Positions 19,138-28,645 of a stretch of 56,970 nt of DNA are shown piece by piece. This DNA is from an uncultured Lachnospiraceae bacterium. Its GTDB lineage: Bacteria; Bacillota; Clostridia; Lachnospirales; Lachnospiraceae. The notes below the pieces were generated by a model. That model did no database searches. It was not told the origin of the DNA and saw only the letters and a list, made by a program, of their open reading frames with translations. The first letter of the stretch is position 1, and each line of letters opens with the position of its first letter. The translations under genes were made by a program, and so were the position numbers. The stretch spans positions 1 to 56,970 of the forward strand of contig CAJTPM010000001.1 in the NCBI GenBank assembly GCA_910578085.1, read 5' to 3'.

Positions 19138-20283
19138 ATGGAACTCTTCTCAGAAATATACAGCTGTTATTATCAGCTATTACGACATATCCTGTGCAGT
19201 CAGAATGCCCTGACCATGCAGGAGATCCGTGAACAGATCTCTCAGGAAGGCTTTGGAGAAAGTATGCTCTCCATCATCCCCAAACTGGAAGACGGCTCCT
19301 GGAATCTGTTCAAAAAGGATGGGGATCTGTACCGCTCAAAAATCTCCTCTGCCTTCACCGTCCCCCTGTCCGCACTTGAAAAGTCCTATCTCAAAGCGCT
19401 GCTTCTCGATCCCCGCATCGGCCTTTTTCTTGACAGGGAGCAGGTGGAATACCTGCAAAACGCACTGGCTGCGGTCTCCCCTCTCTGGAAACCGGAACAG
19501 TTTTACTGTTTCGACCGGTTTTCGGACGGCGATCCTTACGCCGATGAAAACTACCGCTCCTGTTTCCGCACCCTGCTGCAGGCACAGAAGCAGAACCGGT
19601 ATGTGGACATCGACTACACTTCCCCGAAGGGCAACCGCTTACACCACCACTATGTCCCCGCCCGTCTGGAATACTCGGTGAAAAATGATAAGTTCAGGCT
19701 CCTGGCTCTGCAGCCTGTTTCGTCTTCTTTCGCTCTGCGCTCCCGCGGCAAAAACCGGAATCTTGCACACTGGAAGACCGATGCTCCTTTGATGAATTGC
19801 GCCGCACTGCAGAGCACGCAGGAAAACTCAGTTGATTCCTGCCCGAAGAATAATCTTTCCCGGGCGGATGCAAGTACACTGCGCCATGCGCAGGAAACCA
19901 CGAATTTCAAACTGGAGATCCTCAACATATCCCGCATCCGCAGCGTCAGCCTGCTGGAAAAAAGACTCCCCGCCCCCGCGGATCTGAACGCCATCATCAG
20001 ACGCACCTACTACAGGGAGCCCCTGAAGCTGCGTATCGTCAACAGGCGCAACGCTCTCGAGCGCGCCATGCTGCACTTTGCAAACTATGAAAAAAACACT
20101 ACAAAAATAGATGAGGACACCTACGAATGCCTCATCTACTATAATCAGGGCATGGAGACCGAGTTGTTAATCGAAGTCATGTCCTTCGGCCCCATGCTCC
20201 AGGTGATCGGTAACGACAGATTTTTAAATCTGTTGAAAAACAGGCTGCACAGACAGTATGGTATCGCGCCGTCTGTTCAGTAA
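19138..20283 (+). CDS. WYL-like regulator paralogue 2 (PafC-like partner)
   Basis: 381 aa, 20 nt downstream of paralogue 1. Degenerate WYL-like segment HHHYVPARLEYSVKNDKFRLLALQ. C-terminal region resembles a WCX extension. Confidence 0.45.
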   Translation: MELFSEIYSCYYQLLRHILCSQNALTMQEIREQISQEGFGESMLSIIPKLEDGSWNLFKKDGDLYRSKISSAFTVPLSALEKSYLKALLLDPRIGLFLDREQVEYLQNALAAVSPLWKPEQFYCFDRFSDGDPYADENYRSCFRTLLQAQKQNRYVDIDYTSPKGNRLHHHYVPARLEYSVKNDKFRLLALQPVSSSFALRSRGKNRNLAHWKTDAPLMNCAALQSTQENSVDSCPKNNLSRADASTLRHAQETTNFKLEILNISRIRSVSLLEKRLPAPADLNAIIRRTYYREPLKLRIVNRRNALERAMLHFANYEKNTTKIDEDTYECLIYYNQGMETELLIEVMSFGPMLQVIGNDRFLNLLKNRLHRQYGIAPSVQ

Positions 20284-20660
20284 CCGTTTCTGGCAGATGC
20301 CCTGTTGCTGTCTGCCAAAAACATATTCATTCCTTTTCCTGATCTGCCCTTTTTTATGCAAACTGAATTGATTGGTCTGCTAATTCTTTTATCGTATCAA
20401 GGGATAATTCTGTATAATCGTCTATATCTTCCATAATTTTGCACATGGCCGCCACTCCTATCCCATCCTACCTAAAATGCCTTGCTTTTTAGCAAGTGCT
20501 TCATAATTCATATCATCGGGATCAGTGCATGAAAAATCATACATTAGCTTTCCAATTTCATCGTTGCCTCTATGAGTTTTATTTCATATCGTTTTTCTAT
20601 CTCTTCACATGTCTACCTGATTTGCACAGCACCCTGTACACGGACCTCTCCCCGGCAGGT

Positions 20661-21077
20661 TCAGCATTTAGCCTCCGAGAAGGCCGCCGCTTCCCTCACC
20701 CACCCCATCAGCTCATCGTCTATCTCATCGACTTCCGAAATGAGAACATGATACGTCCACCGCCCGGGATAAGGCTCCACCGCTGCATCTATGCGAGAAG
20801 ACTCCACCCGGTATCCCAGCCCGAAAGTCACAACGATATAGACCTCCGGCCTCTCTTTCGCCTTCCGCACCGGCAAAAAAGAGACGAACGCGAAATTGTG
20901 TCTCCCTGCAAAAGCGATCTGCGTCTTCTGCACTTTTACCTTCACGTTCTCCACCACGGCAAAAACTTTTTGTTCAAAGGTCTCATAAAGCGGTAGCGCT
21001 CCCGGCTTCCCGTCAAAAAAGTATAATATATTTTCGTTCATTTTCCGTACCTTTCGAATATGCCATTTATCTGTCAT
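20661..21077 (-). CDS. Hypothetical protein (DUF5655-like fold suspected)
   Basis: 138 aa, MTDKWHIRKVRKMNENILYFFDGKPGALPLYETFEQKV... Its ATG overlaps the stop of an upstream gene fragment (ATGA). Confidence 0.45.
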   Translation of the reverse strand: MTDKWHIRKVRKMNENILYFFDGKPGALPLYETFEQKVFAVVENVKVKVQKTQIAFAGRHNFAFVSFLPVRKAKERPEVYIVVTFGLGYRVESSRIDAAVEPYPGRWTYHVLISEVDEIDDELMGWVREAAAFSEAKC

Positions 21078-21278
21078 TCATAATATGTCCGCTCCAAAAA
21101 GTCGGCCACGACACGCTCCAGAGATAAAGGCACGCTCCACCTGCATCTTATACTCTCCTGCTTCATCTATCAGCAGAACGGCTATTTTGTCAAAGCGGAC
21201 TCTCTGCCCCGGATCATACAGCGGACATCCGAATCTTTCTGCAACGGACAACTTCTCTTCCTTAATAATTATACCTTG
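21078..21278 (-). pseudogene. Start-less fragment resembling a Walker-B/helicase (AAA_30 / RecD-like) domain
   Basis: Translates to ...LSVAERFGCPLYDPGQRVRFDKIAVLLIDEAGEY... with hhhhDEAs-like motif VLLIDEAG. Upstream stop, no start codon. Confidence 0.3.
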
Positions 21279-21368
21279 TTATATCTGATTCTGTAAACCG
21301 TTAAACGATAATTTGCCACCGCAGGCGCTTTGTATCTTCCTGTTCATAACTAATTTCTGCAGCAGCTT

Positions 21369-21932
21369 TCAAAACGGATTATCGCTGGCTCCATAGCCAA
21401 AATTGATCACAGTACTCTCTTTATAGTCCTCCCAAACCTCCAGATAATCCTCCTCCGAAACGGTCTCTTTGTTGCCCTCCACATCTGTCCGCTCACAGGA
21501 GGTATTCCCTTCCGTGTCAAAAACCTCCTCATACTGTGTGACTTTCCACCGCAGTTCTTTCCCGTCAAACGCATACGCGGTAACACCGTGTTCCGAAGCT
21601 GTGTAAATGCACTGCTCCCCATAGCTGACCGGCCAGGCCGTCCCCAGGCTTTCTATCCTCTCTAACGTATAAAATTCTCCGTCCACACTGTAATATACCT
21701 TACAGGAAAGAGCCGCATTATGTCCGTTACCATCATCATAAGTCATATCTGTCGTAAACAGGACATCATTTTTCTCACCGATATCCTGCAGGGAATACTG
21801 TTCCTCATCCCCTAACCCCGCAATAATCTCCCCATACAGATCTTCATTGCTCTCTTTTTCTGCGCTTCCGCATCCTGTAAACAGGCACAGAAACAGTGCC
21901 GTTATCAGATATCTGCCGCCATATTTTGTCAT
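21369..21932 (-). CDS. Putative lipoprotein
   Basis: MTKYGGRYLITALFLCLFTGCGS (lipobox LFTGC). The ORF-track start is a TTG. Internal ATG with GAAAGG ribosome-binding site chosen. Confidence 0.6.
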   Translation of the reverse strand: MTKYGGRYLITALFLCLFTGCGSAEKESNEDLYGEIIAGLGDEEQYSLQDIGEKNDVLFTTDMTYDDGNGHNAALSCKVYYSVDGEFYTLERIESLGTAWPVSYGEQCIYTASEHGVTAYAFDGKELRWKVTQYEEVFDTEGNTSCERTDVEGNKETVSEEDYLEVWEDYKESTVINFGYGASDNPF

Positions 21933-22096
21933 GCCATTTAACCTTTCAGGCAAAACTGCCCTATCCTTTCTGTTCTCCGTATTATTTCTGTCCCTCTTCC
22001 CGATTCTGTTTTATCTGTTTTTCCTCCTGTCCTTTCTGTTCTTTTTTACATTCTGCTTCGCCCATCGCTTCTAACCATTCGATATACCGGCCATAC

Positions 22097-22627
22097 TCAC
22101 CGCTTCCTGTTCTTCACCATATAGACCAGGCACAGAATAAGTCCCACCGCTCCTGCCAGAACCGCCGGGATTATCAATTTTGAATAATTCACAGGCAGAG
22201 CCTGATAGCCACCGGTCGCCATATACCTGTACAGCATATACTCCAGACTCAGTGTGGTTGTCTCCAGCATCTTCTCGAATCCCGCCAGAATGATACCGAT
22301 GGCCAGAAACAAAAACCCGCTGCAAAACAACAGATTCATCTTCCTGTTATGGGCATTGATCCGCATCAGATCTTCTAATGTGATCTGCGTACTTTTCAGT
22401 TCCTCACAATTTTTTTCTTCCACATGATTTTCCTCCTCCAACAATAATTCCTCCAGAGAAGTGTGAAATAAAACGGAAAGCCTGACCACACTCTCCACAT
22501 CCGGCATCCCGGTTCCGTTCTCCCACTTTGACAATGTCTGTCTGGAAATATTCAGCTTTTCCGCTAACTGCTCCTGCGTCATGCCGGACAGCCTTCTCAG
22601 TTGATAGATTTTCTTTCCCAATTCCAT
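22097..22627 (-). CDS. XRE-family HTH regulator with C-terminal transmembrane anchor
   Basis: MELGKKIYQLRRLSGMTQEQLAEKLNISRQTLSKWENG, plus two predicted TM helices at the C-terminus. Confidence 0.7.
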   Translation of the reverse strand: MELGKKIYQLRRLSGMTQEQLAEKLNISRQTLSKWENGTGMPDVESVVRLSVLFHTSLEELLLEEENHVEEKNCEELKSTQITLEDLMRINAHNRKMNLLFCSGFLFLAIGIILAGFEKMLETTTLSLEYMLYRYMATGGYQALPVNYSKLIIPAVLAGAVGLILCLVYMVKNRKR

Positions 22628-22796
22628 ATCGCACTCTCCTTCCGTGCCATTATTTTATCCGGATATTGATCTGAAAATAAAGCAATGAACGTTTACAATA
22701 CCGCTCTGTATTTTTACAGGGCTGCGTTCTGTACGCATATAACGTTCCTTAATACAAGTAAACCGGCATAATAATATAAAGAAAATGGTGTACAAC

Positions 22797-22830
22797 GGAA
22801 ATGACCACGTAAATATACGTGGTCATTTCC
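22797..22830. terminator. Perfect 15-bp palindrome hairpin between malQ and the XRE gene
   Basis: ggaaatgaccacgta-aatat-acgtggtcatttcc. Confidence 0.55.
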
Positions 22831-22996
22831 GGCACTTTACTTTAATTCTTTAACACATCAATACCTGTTATATTTTATTTTGAGAAATATTCAAAAAACA
22901 GTCTAAGAATCACTGCAGGATGTTTTCAAAATCCGTATCTCTTTTCCAGTCCATCAAACTCCTCATCTGCTGCACTGTATCTGCCGTCTGTAATGT

Positions 22997-24496
22997 TTAC
23001 TTCCTGTCATATAGCTTCGCGAGTCCGGCCATTTCCTCCGCCAGCTCCTCCGTCAACTCTCCAGGCAGAAGCCTCCACTTCCAGTTATTCCCCAGGGTGG
23101 AGGGCAGATTCATCCTGGCGCTGTTATCAAGCCCCAGATAGTCCTGGATCGGGATCACCGCCGTATCCGCCGTAGAGGAAAGCGCCGCCCTTATCATCGC
23201 CTGACGGATATCTCTTTTCCTTTTTACATTCAGATATCTCATGGTAAAAGAGACCGTCTTTCTCTTTGCATTCTTCAGCCAGCCCTCTATCGTATCATTA
23301 TCATGGGTTCCGGTGTATACCACCGCATTCCTCTCATAATTGTGAGGCAGATAGGCACTGTCAGAGCCCCCGTCAAAGGCAAACAACAGTACTTTCATCC
23401 CCGGATAACCGCTTTTTTTCACCAGCCGCAGCACGGAAGGCGTCAGATATCCCAGATCCTCCGCGATCACATTCATCTTTCCCAGTTTATTCTTCATCAC
23501 CTGGAAAATATCGTAGCCCGGCCCCTTTTCCCAGTGTCCGAACTGTGCGGTTGGATCCCCATAAGGGATAAAATAGTACTCATCGAATCCCCTGAAATGA
23601 TCGATCCGCAAAATATCATAGAGTTCATAACACCTGGCGATCCGCCTGATCCACCAGTCATATCCTGTCTCTTTGTGGTATTCCCAACGGTAAAGCGGAT
23701 TACCCCAGAGCTGTCCCGTAGCGGAAAACGCATCCGGCGGGCAGCCTGCCACACCCACAGGTTTTAAATCCTCATCTAACTGGAACAGTTCCGGCGATGC
23801 CCAGACATCCGCCGAATCATAGGCCACATAGATCGGAATGTCGCCGATAATCTGAATGCCCTTCTTCGCCGCATAGGCCCGCAGCGCCGACCACTGCTTT
23901 GAAAACAGATACTGCTGGAACCGGATAAAGCCGATCTCCTCCGCATATGTTTCCCGGTACTGCCGCAGGGCGTCAGGCTTTCTGAAACGGATATCCTCAT
24001 CCCATTCAATAAAACTCTTCCCGCCGAACGCACTCTTTACGGCCATATACAGTCCATAATCATCCAGCCAGTACGCGTTGTCCTCACAGAATTTCCGGAA
24101 TGCCGGGTCCTGTTCTATCCCGCTGTTCGCGCAGGCTTTCCGCAGAACGGTAAACCGGGTTTCATAAATTTTTCCGTAATCCACATATCTGTCTTTCATG
24201 CCTTCTGTTCCGGCCGGCGCCTCTGTCAGAAGATCTCCCTCACAGTCCTCCTGCGTGATCCACCCCGCTTCGATCAACTCCTCCAGATCAATAAAATAGG
24301 GATTGCCCGCATAGGTGGAAAAGGACTGGTAGGGGGAATCCCCATAGCCGGTAGGCCCCAGGGGCAGGATCTGCCACAGAGACTGCCCGGCTTTTTCCAG
24401 AAAATCCACAAACTCATAGCATTCTTTTGAAAATCCCCCGATCCCGTACTTCGACGGAATGCTTGTAATCGGTAACAATACGCCGCTTCTTCTCAT
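22997..24496 (-). CDS. malQ: 4-alpha-glucanotransferase (amylomaltase)
   Basis: GH77 motifs (RSGVLLPITSIPSKYGIGGF...RIDHFRGF...GDIPIYVAYDSADVW). The listed ORF starts at GTG overlapping glgP. ATG at 24496 with GAGGG ribosome-binding site preferred. Confidence 0.8.
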   Translation of the reverse strand: MRRSGVLLPITSIPSKYGIGGFSKECYEFVDFLEKAGQSLWQILPLGPTGYGDSPYQSFSTYAGNPYFIDLEELIEAGWITQEDCEGDLLTEAPAGTEGMKDRYVDYGKIYETRFTVLRKACANSGIEQDPAFRKFCEDNAYWLDDYGLYMAVKSAFGGKSFIEWDEDIRFRKPDALRQYRETYAEEIGFIRFQQYLFSKQWSALRAYAAKKGIQIIGDIPIYVAYDSADVWASPELFQLDEDLKPVGVAGCPPDAFSATGQLWGNPLYRWEYHKETGYDWWIRRIARCYELYDILRIDHFRGFDEYYFIPYGDPTAQFGHWEKGPGYDIFQVMKNKLGKMNVIAEDLGYLTPSVLRLVKKSGYPGMKVLLFAFDGGSDSAYLPHNYERNAVVYTGTHDNDTIEGWLKNAKRKTVSFTMRYLNVKRKRDIRQAMIRAALSSTADTAVIPIQDYLGLDNSARMNLPSTLGNNWKWRLLPGELTEELAEEMAGLAKLYDRK

Positions 24497-24561
24497 AACC
24501 GCCCTCATCTTTGCAGCTTCATTTACTGCGTTTTGCATTATATTATAAACTTTTGCAGTTG

Positions 24562-26895
24562 TCACATGGTTTTCGGCAGATGCCAGATATCTGCATTATA
24601 CTCCTCAATGGTCCTGTCGGAAGAGAAAAATCCCGCTTTTGCAATATTGTGCAGCATCATCTTTTTCCACTTTGTCCTGTTCTCATAGTCCGCAAAGGCC
24701 TGATCTTTCACCTTAATGTAATCCTCCAGATCGAGCAGCGTCATAAACCAGTCCTTGTTTAACAGTTCGTCGTGCAGTCTCTTTAAGTTCTCCTTATTCC
24801 CCACTGCCAGGGCCTGCTTACCGACAATAAAGTCCACCGCCTCTTTGATCACTTTACTGTTTTCATAGTATTCCTTCGATACATAGCCCGGTTTCCCCTT
24901 TTTCTTTTCCTCATAGTAACCGATGACCGTATCAGAATCTTGGCCGAAGATATAAATATTGTCGTCGCCCACCAGCTCATGGATCTCCACGTTGGCGCCG
25001 TCCGCTGTACCTAAAGTCACCGCACCGTTCAACATGAATTTCATGTTACCGGTACCGGATGCCTCCTTGGAAGCAAGAGATATCTGCTCGGAAATATCGC
25101 AGGCCGGAATGATCTTCTCTGCATAGCTGACATTGTAATTTTCCACCATCAGCACTGTCATGTACGGGCTGACATCTTTGTCATTATTTACGATCTCCTG
25201 CAGCACAAGAAGCAGATGGATGATATCTTTCGCGATCACATAAGCCGGCGCCGCTTTCGCACCGAAAATAAAGGTAAGCGGTCTCTCAGGCTTTTTGCCG
25301 CCCTTGATCTCCAGATACTTATGGATAATGTACAGCGCGTTCATCTGCTGTCTCTTGTATTCATGGAGCCTCTTGACCTGAATATCAAAAATAGAGTTCG
25401 GATCCAGATCTACCCCTTCCATCTCTTTCACATAAGCTGCCAGTTCCTGCTTTTTCGTCCGCTTGATCTCGGCAAGCTTATCAAGTACCGCCGCATCATC
25501 CTCAAAAGCCAACAGTTTTTCCAGCTCACCCGCATCTTTCCTGTAACCTTTGCCGATCAGGCCTGTGATATAAGCCGCCAGTTCCCTGTTGCTGGACAGA
25601 AGCCACCGTCTGAACGTAATGCCGTTTGTCTTATTATTAAACTTTTCCGGATAGATCTCATAAAAATCATGGAGTTCCGTATTTTTCAAAATCTCCGTAT
25701 GGATCGCCGCCACGCCGTTCACCGAAAAGCCATAGTGGATATCGATGTGTGCCATATGTACCCTGTTGTCCCTGTCGATGATCCAGATGCTCTCATTCTT
25801 CGGATATTTTTCCCGCACTTTTGCATCCAGTTCTTTTATGATCGGCACCAGTTTCGGCACCACCTTCTCCAGATAGGCAAGCGGCCATTTCTCCAGCGCT
25901 TCCGCCAGGATCGTGTGGTTTGTGTAGGCGCAGGTTCTGCTCACCACCTCGATGGCCTCATCCATGGTGAAGGCCTTATCCTCCACCAGGATCCGAATCA
26001 GTTCCGGGATCACCATGGTGGGATGGGTATCGTTGATCTGGATCACGCAGTAATCATAAAGCCTTCTCAGATCCTGCTTCTTTTCCTTCATCTCCTGCAA
26101 AATAAGCTGGGCGCCGTTGCTGACCATAAAGTACTGCTGGTAGATCCTCAGCAGATTCCCTGCCTCATCAGAGTCATCGGGATACAGAAACAACGTCAGG
26201 TTCTTTTCGATCTCTTCCTTGTCAAAACTGATACCATCTTTCACAATGCTCTCATCCACAGACTCAATATCAAACAGATGCAGCTTATTGACGCCACTGT
26301 CATATCCCACTACGTCAATGTCATAAAGCCTTGACTTCACTGTCATGTCCCCAAAAGACACATCAAAGGTCGTGTCAGTCTTCTTTAACCAGCTGTCTTT
26401 TTCAATCCACCCGTTGGGCTCCGCCTCCTGGAGTTTATCCCTGAATACCTGCTTAAACAGCCCAAAATGATAATTCAGGCCAATGCCGTCACCGGACAGT
26501 CCCAGTGTCGCAATGGAATCTAAAAAACATGCCGCCAGACGTCCCAGACCGCCATTCCCAAGGGAAGGCTCCGGCTCCACTTCCTCAATTTTTGACAGCT
26601 CTTTGCCGTACTTTTTCAGAATCTTTTCCAGATCCTCATAGATCCCCAGATTGATCAGGTTATTGGACAGGAGCTTCCCGATCAGGAATTCCGCAGAAAT
26701 ATAGTAAAGCTTCTTCTCCCCGGTGATTTCTTCCGTGACCTCTGTCATCTCTTTTGTCAGTTCCAGGACGGCATAATAAACTTCCTCATCCGTACAGTCT
26801 GCAATGCCTTTCCCATATCTCTTCTCCGCTAACATTGCAAGCTGCGTTTCCATGTTCAGCTGTAACACTTTTCTTGGCATCTGTAATTCTGTCAT
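24562..26895 (-). CDS. glgP: Alpha-glucan (glycogen/maltodextrin) phosphorylase
   Basis: 777 aa. GT35 signature [15 protein letters not shown] carrying the PLP lysine. Confidence 0.9.
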   Translation of the reverse strand: MTELQMPRKVLQLNMETQLAMLAEKRYGKGIADCTDEEVYYAVLELTKEMTEVTEEITGEKKLYYISAEFLIGKLLSNNLINLGIYEDLEKILKKYGKELSKIEEVEPEPSLGNGGLGRLAACFLDSIATLGLSGDGIGLNYHFGLFKQVFRDKLQEAEPNGWIEKDSWLKKTDTTFDVSFGDMTVKSRLYDIDVVGYDSGVNKLHLFDIESVDESIVKDGISFDKEEIEKNLTLFLYPDDSDEAGNLLRIYQQYFMVSNGAQLILQEMKEKKQDLRRLYDYCVIQINDTHPTMVIPELIRILVEDKAFTMDEAIEVVSRTCAYTNHTILAEALEKWPLAYLEKVVPKLVPIIKELDAKVREKYPKNESIWIIDRDNRVHMAHIDIHYGFSVNGVAAIHTEILKNTELHDFYEIYPEKFNNKTNGITFRRWLLSSNRELAAYITGLIGKGYRKDAGELEKLLAFEDDAAVLDKLAEIKRTKKQELAAYVKEMEGVDLDPNSIFDIQVKRLHEYKRQQMNALYIIHKYLEIKGGKKPERPLTFIFGAKAAPAYVIAKDIIHLLLVLQEIVNNDKDVSPYMTVLMVENYNVSYAEKIIPACDISEQISLASKEASGTGNMKFMLNGAVTLGTADGANVEIHELVGDDNIYIFGQDSDTVIGYYEEKKKGKPGYVSKEYYENSKVIKEAVDFIVGKQALAVGNKENLKRLHDELLNKDWFMTLLDLEDYIKVKDQAFADYENRTKWKKMMLHNIAKAGFFSSDRTIEEYNADIWHLPKTM

Positions 26896-27038
26896 AGTGA
26901 TCCTCCTGATTCTATTTTGTTTTTAATTTGCAGATCTTATCTAACCATATAAATGTCTGCTGCATTGTGTTCTCAACATCCGAATATTATCCTGATTCTG
27001 CCGCTACCCTGTCCGGGCGTCCGTCCACCTTAATCCCT

Positions 27039-28028
27039 TCACGCAATAATATCCAGATACTTCATCCTCACGATCGTATGGGGCAGGACTACTTCCCTGC
27101 CTTCCCCACCCCGCAGAAGATATTGCAGCTCTTCCACTGCCGCAGCGGAAACCCCCGCAAAGTTCTGCTGCACCGTGTTCATCTGCTTTCCGGCATAGCC
27201 CATAAGCACTAACCCGTCAAACCCGCAGACCGGCCGGAAGATATCCATCTCGATCAAAGCCCGCATAGCCCCGATGGCCATCAGATCGGAACCGCAGACG
27301 ATCACATCCTTACTCTTTGCGTACTGGAAAGTCAGATTCCTGGCCTTCAGTTCACTGAAATCTCCGTAGCGGACAAACAATTTGCAGGAGAGCTCCTTTG
27401 CCAGTTCCTCGATCCCGACAAGCCGCTGTGCTCCCGGGTAGGAATTCTTTTTTCCTGCGATATACAGGATCTTTTTCGATTTGTTCTCCAGTATCGTCTT
27501 CCTCGCCACATCGATCTGGGCCTGCCTGTGATCAATCCCGATGCAGGAAACCGTCCCCGCCCGGTAGGACGCATCCACCAGCACTACCTTGAAGGCACCT
27601 TTTTCCACTACCTCCCAGATCACCCTGTCATTGGGAGATATCCCATAGACAATGATACCTTCTATGCTCTGGGCCTTAAAATACCGGATGACCTCTGCCA
27701 CCGTTTTTCCCTTCAGCATGGAAAAGAATACGGTGATCAGATCCAGTTTCTTCTCCTGTGCTTTCTGGATAGCCCCCGCCATATACTGCATGTCGATCTC
27801 GTCGATCGCCTTGGTCTGGGTATTCAGGTTCATCAGCAGCGCGATCCTTCCTGCCTGCTTGGAAGAGAGAGCTGCCGCGATGGAGTTCGGCACAAACTCC
27901 AGTTCCTTCGCCGCCGCTTCCACCTTCCTCTTAGTCGCCTCGCTGACGCCCGGATATCCGTTCAGTACCTTTGATACCGTGGAGATCGCCACACCCGCCT
28001 GTTTTGCCACATCTTTGATCGAAACCAT
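27039..28028 (-). CDS. LacI-family transcriptional regulator (likely maltodextrin operon repressor)
   Basis: N-terminal HTH MVSIKDVAKQAGVAISTVSKVLNG plus a periplasmic-binding-protein-like core. Confidence 0.85.
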   Translation of the reverse strand: MVSIKDVAKQAGVAISTVSKVLNGYPGVSEATKRKVEAAAKELEFVPNSIAAALSSKQAGRIALLMNLNTQTKAIDEIDMQYMAGAIQKAQEKKLDLITVFFSMLKGKTVAEVIRYFKAQSIEGIIVYGISPNDRVIWEVVEKGAFKVVLVDASYRAGTVSCIGIDHRQAQIDVARKTILENKSKKILYIAGKKNSYPGAQRLVGIEELAKELSCKLFVRYGDFSELKARNLTFQYAKSKDVIVCGSDLMAIGAMRALIEMDIFRPVCGFDGLVLMGYAGKQMNTVQQNFAGVSAAAVEELQYLLRGGEGREVVLPHTIVRMKYLDIIA

Positions 28029-28166
28029 TTCTGCTCCTGTTTTTATTATTTAGAAAACGTTTTCCACTGCTACTATAATACAATAAGGCGGCAGTGTCAA
28101 GAATTTTTTTAATTTTTATAAAAGCTGTCTCTGACGGCTTTATCAAAGTTCAAAGACGCATCTCTA

Positions 28167-28511
28167 TCACGGTATCTCAATGATGAATTGTTCATCATAC
28201 TTATCGTTCAAGTCATCGTAGGTCATTCTGATTTTATCCTCCGAAAGCCATTCCACCCCGAAAAACACTGTCTCCATAAAACCTCCCCCCGGGTAAGTCC
28301 AAAGGTACTTTTTCCAGAACCGCTCCTTTTTGTAGACATATGGCCGACATACATGATCATATTCCACGATGATGGTATTTGTGCCCTGGGGGGAAGTATA
28401 GACCTCACGATATGACACCAATAAAGCGTCACAGCAGCCCCGTAGCAGGGTAACTACCAGGAAAAGCGCCGCCAGTACGGCAATATATTTGATCCACTTA
28501 CCCTTCATCAT
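28167..28511 (-). CDS. Hypothetical membrane-anchored small protein
   Basis: 114 aa with an N-terminal signal anchor (KYIAVLAALFLVVTLL). Confidence 0.45.
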   Translation of the reverse strand: MMKGKWIKYIAVLAALFLVVTLLRGCCDALLVSYREVYTSPQGTNTIIVEYDHVCRPYVYKKERFWKKYLWTYPGGGFMETVFFGVEWLSEDKIRMTYDDLNDKYDEQFIIEIP

Positions 28512-28645
28512 TTTCCTCCCCGGCTTTCTCCTTAATCACAGACAAATTTTAACATGTTCCCCTGCATTATTCAACGGATTTACACAGTCTGGTCATTATT
28601 CCACACGCTCCTGCTTCAATACAATTAAAGCCCCTCTCCCTCACT

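Noticed and set aside
25216-26334. 372-aa plus-strand ORF
   Set aside because: Lies entirely inside and antisense to the glycogen phosphorylase gene.
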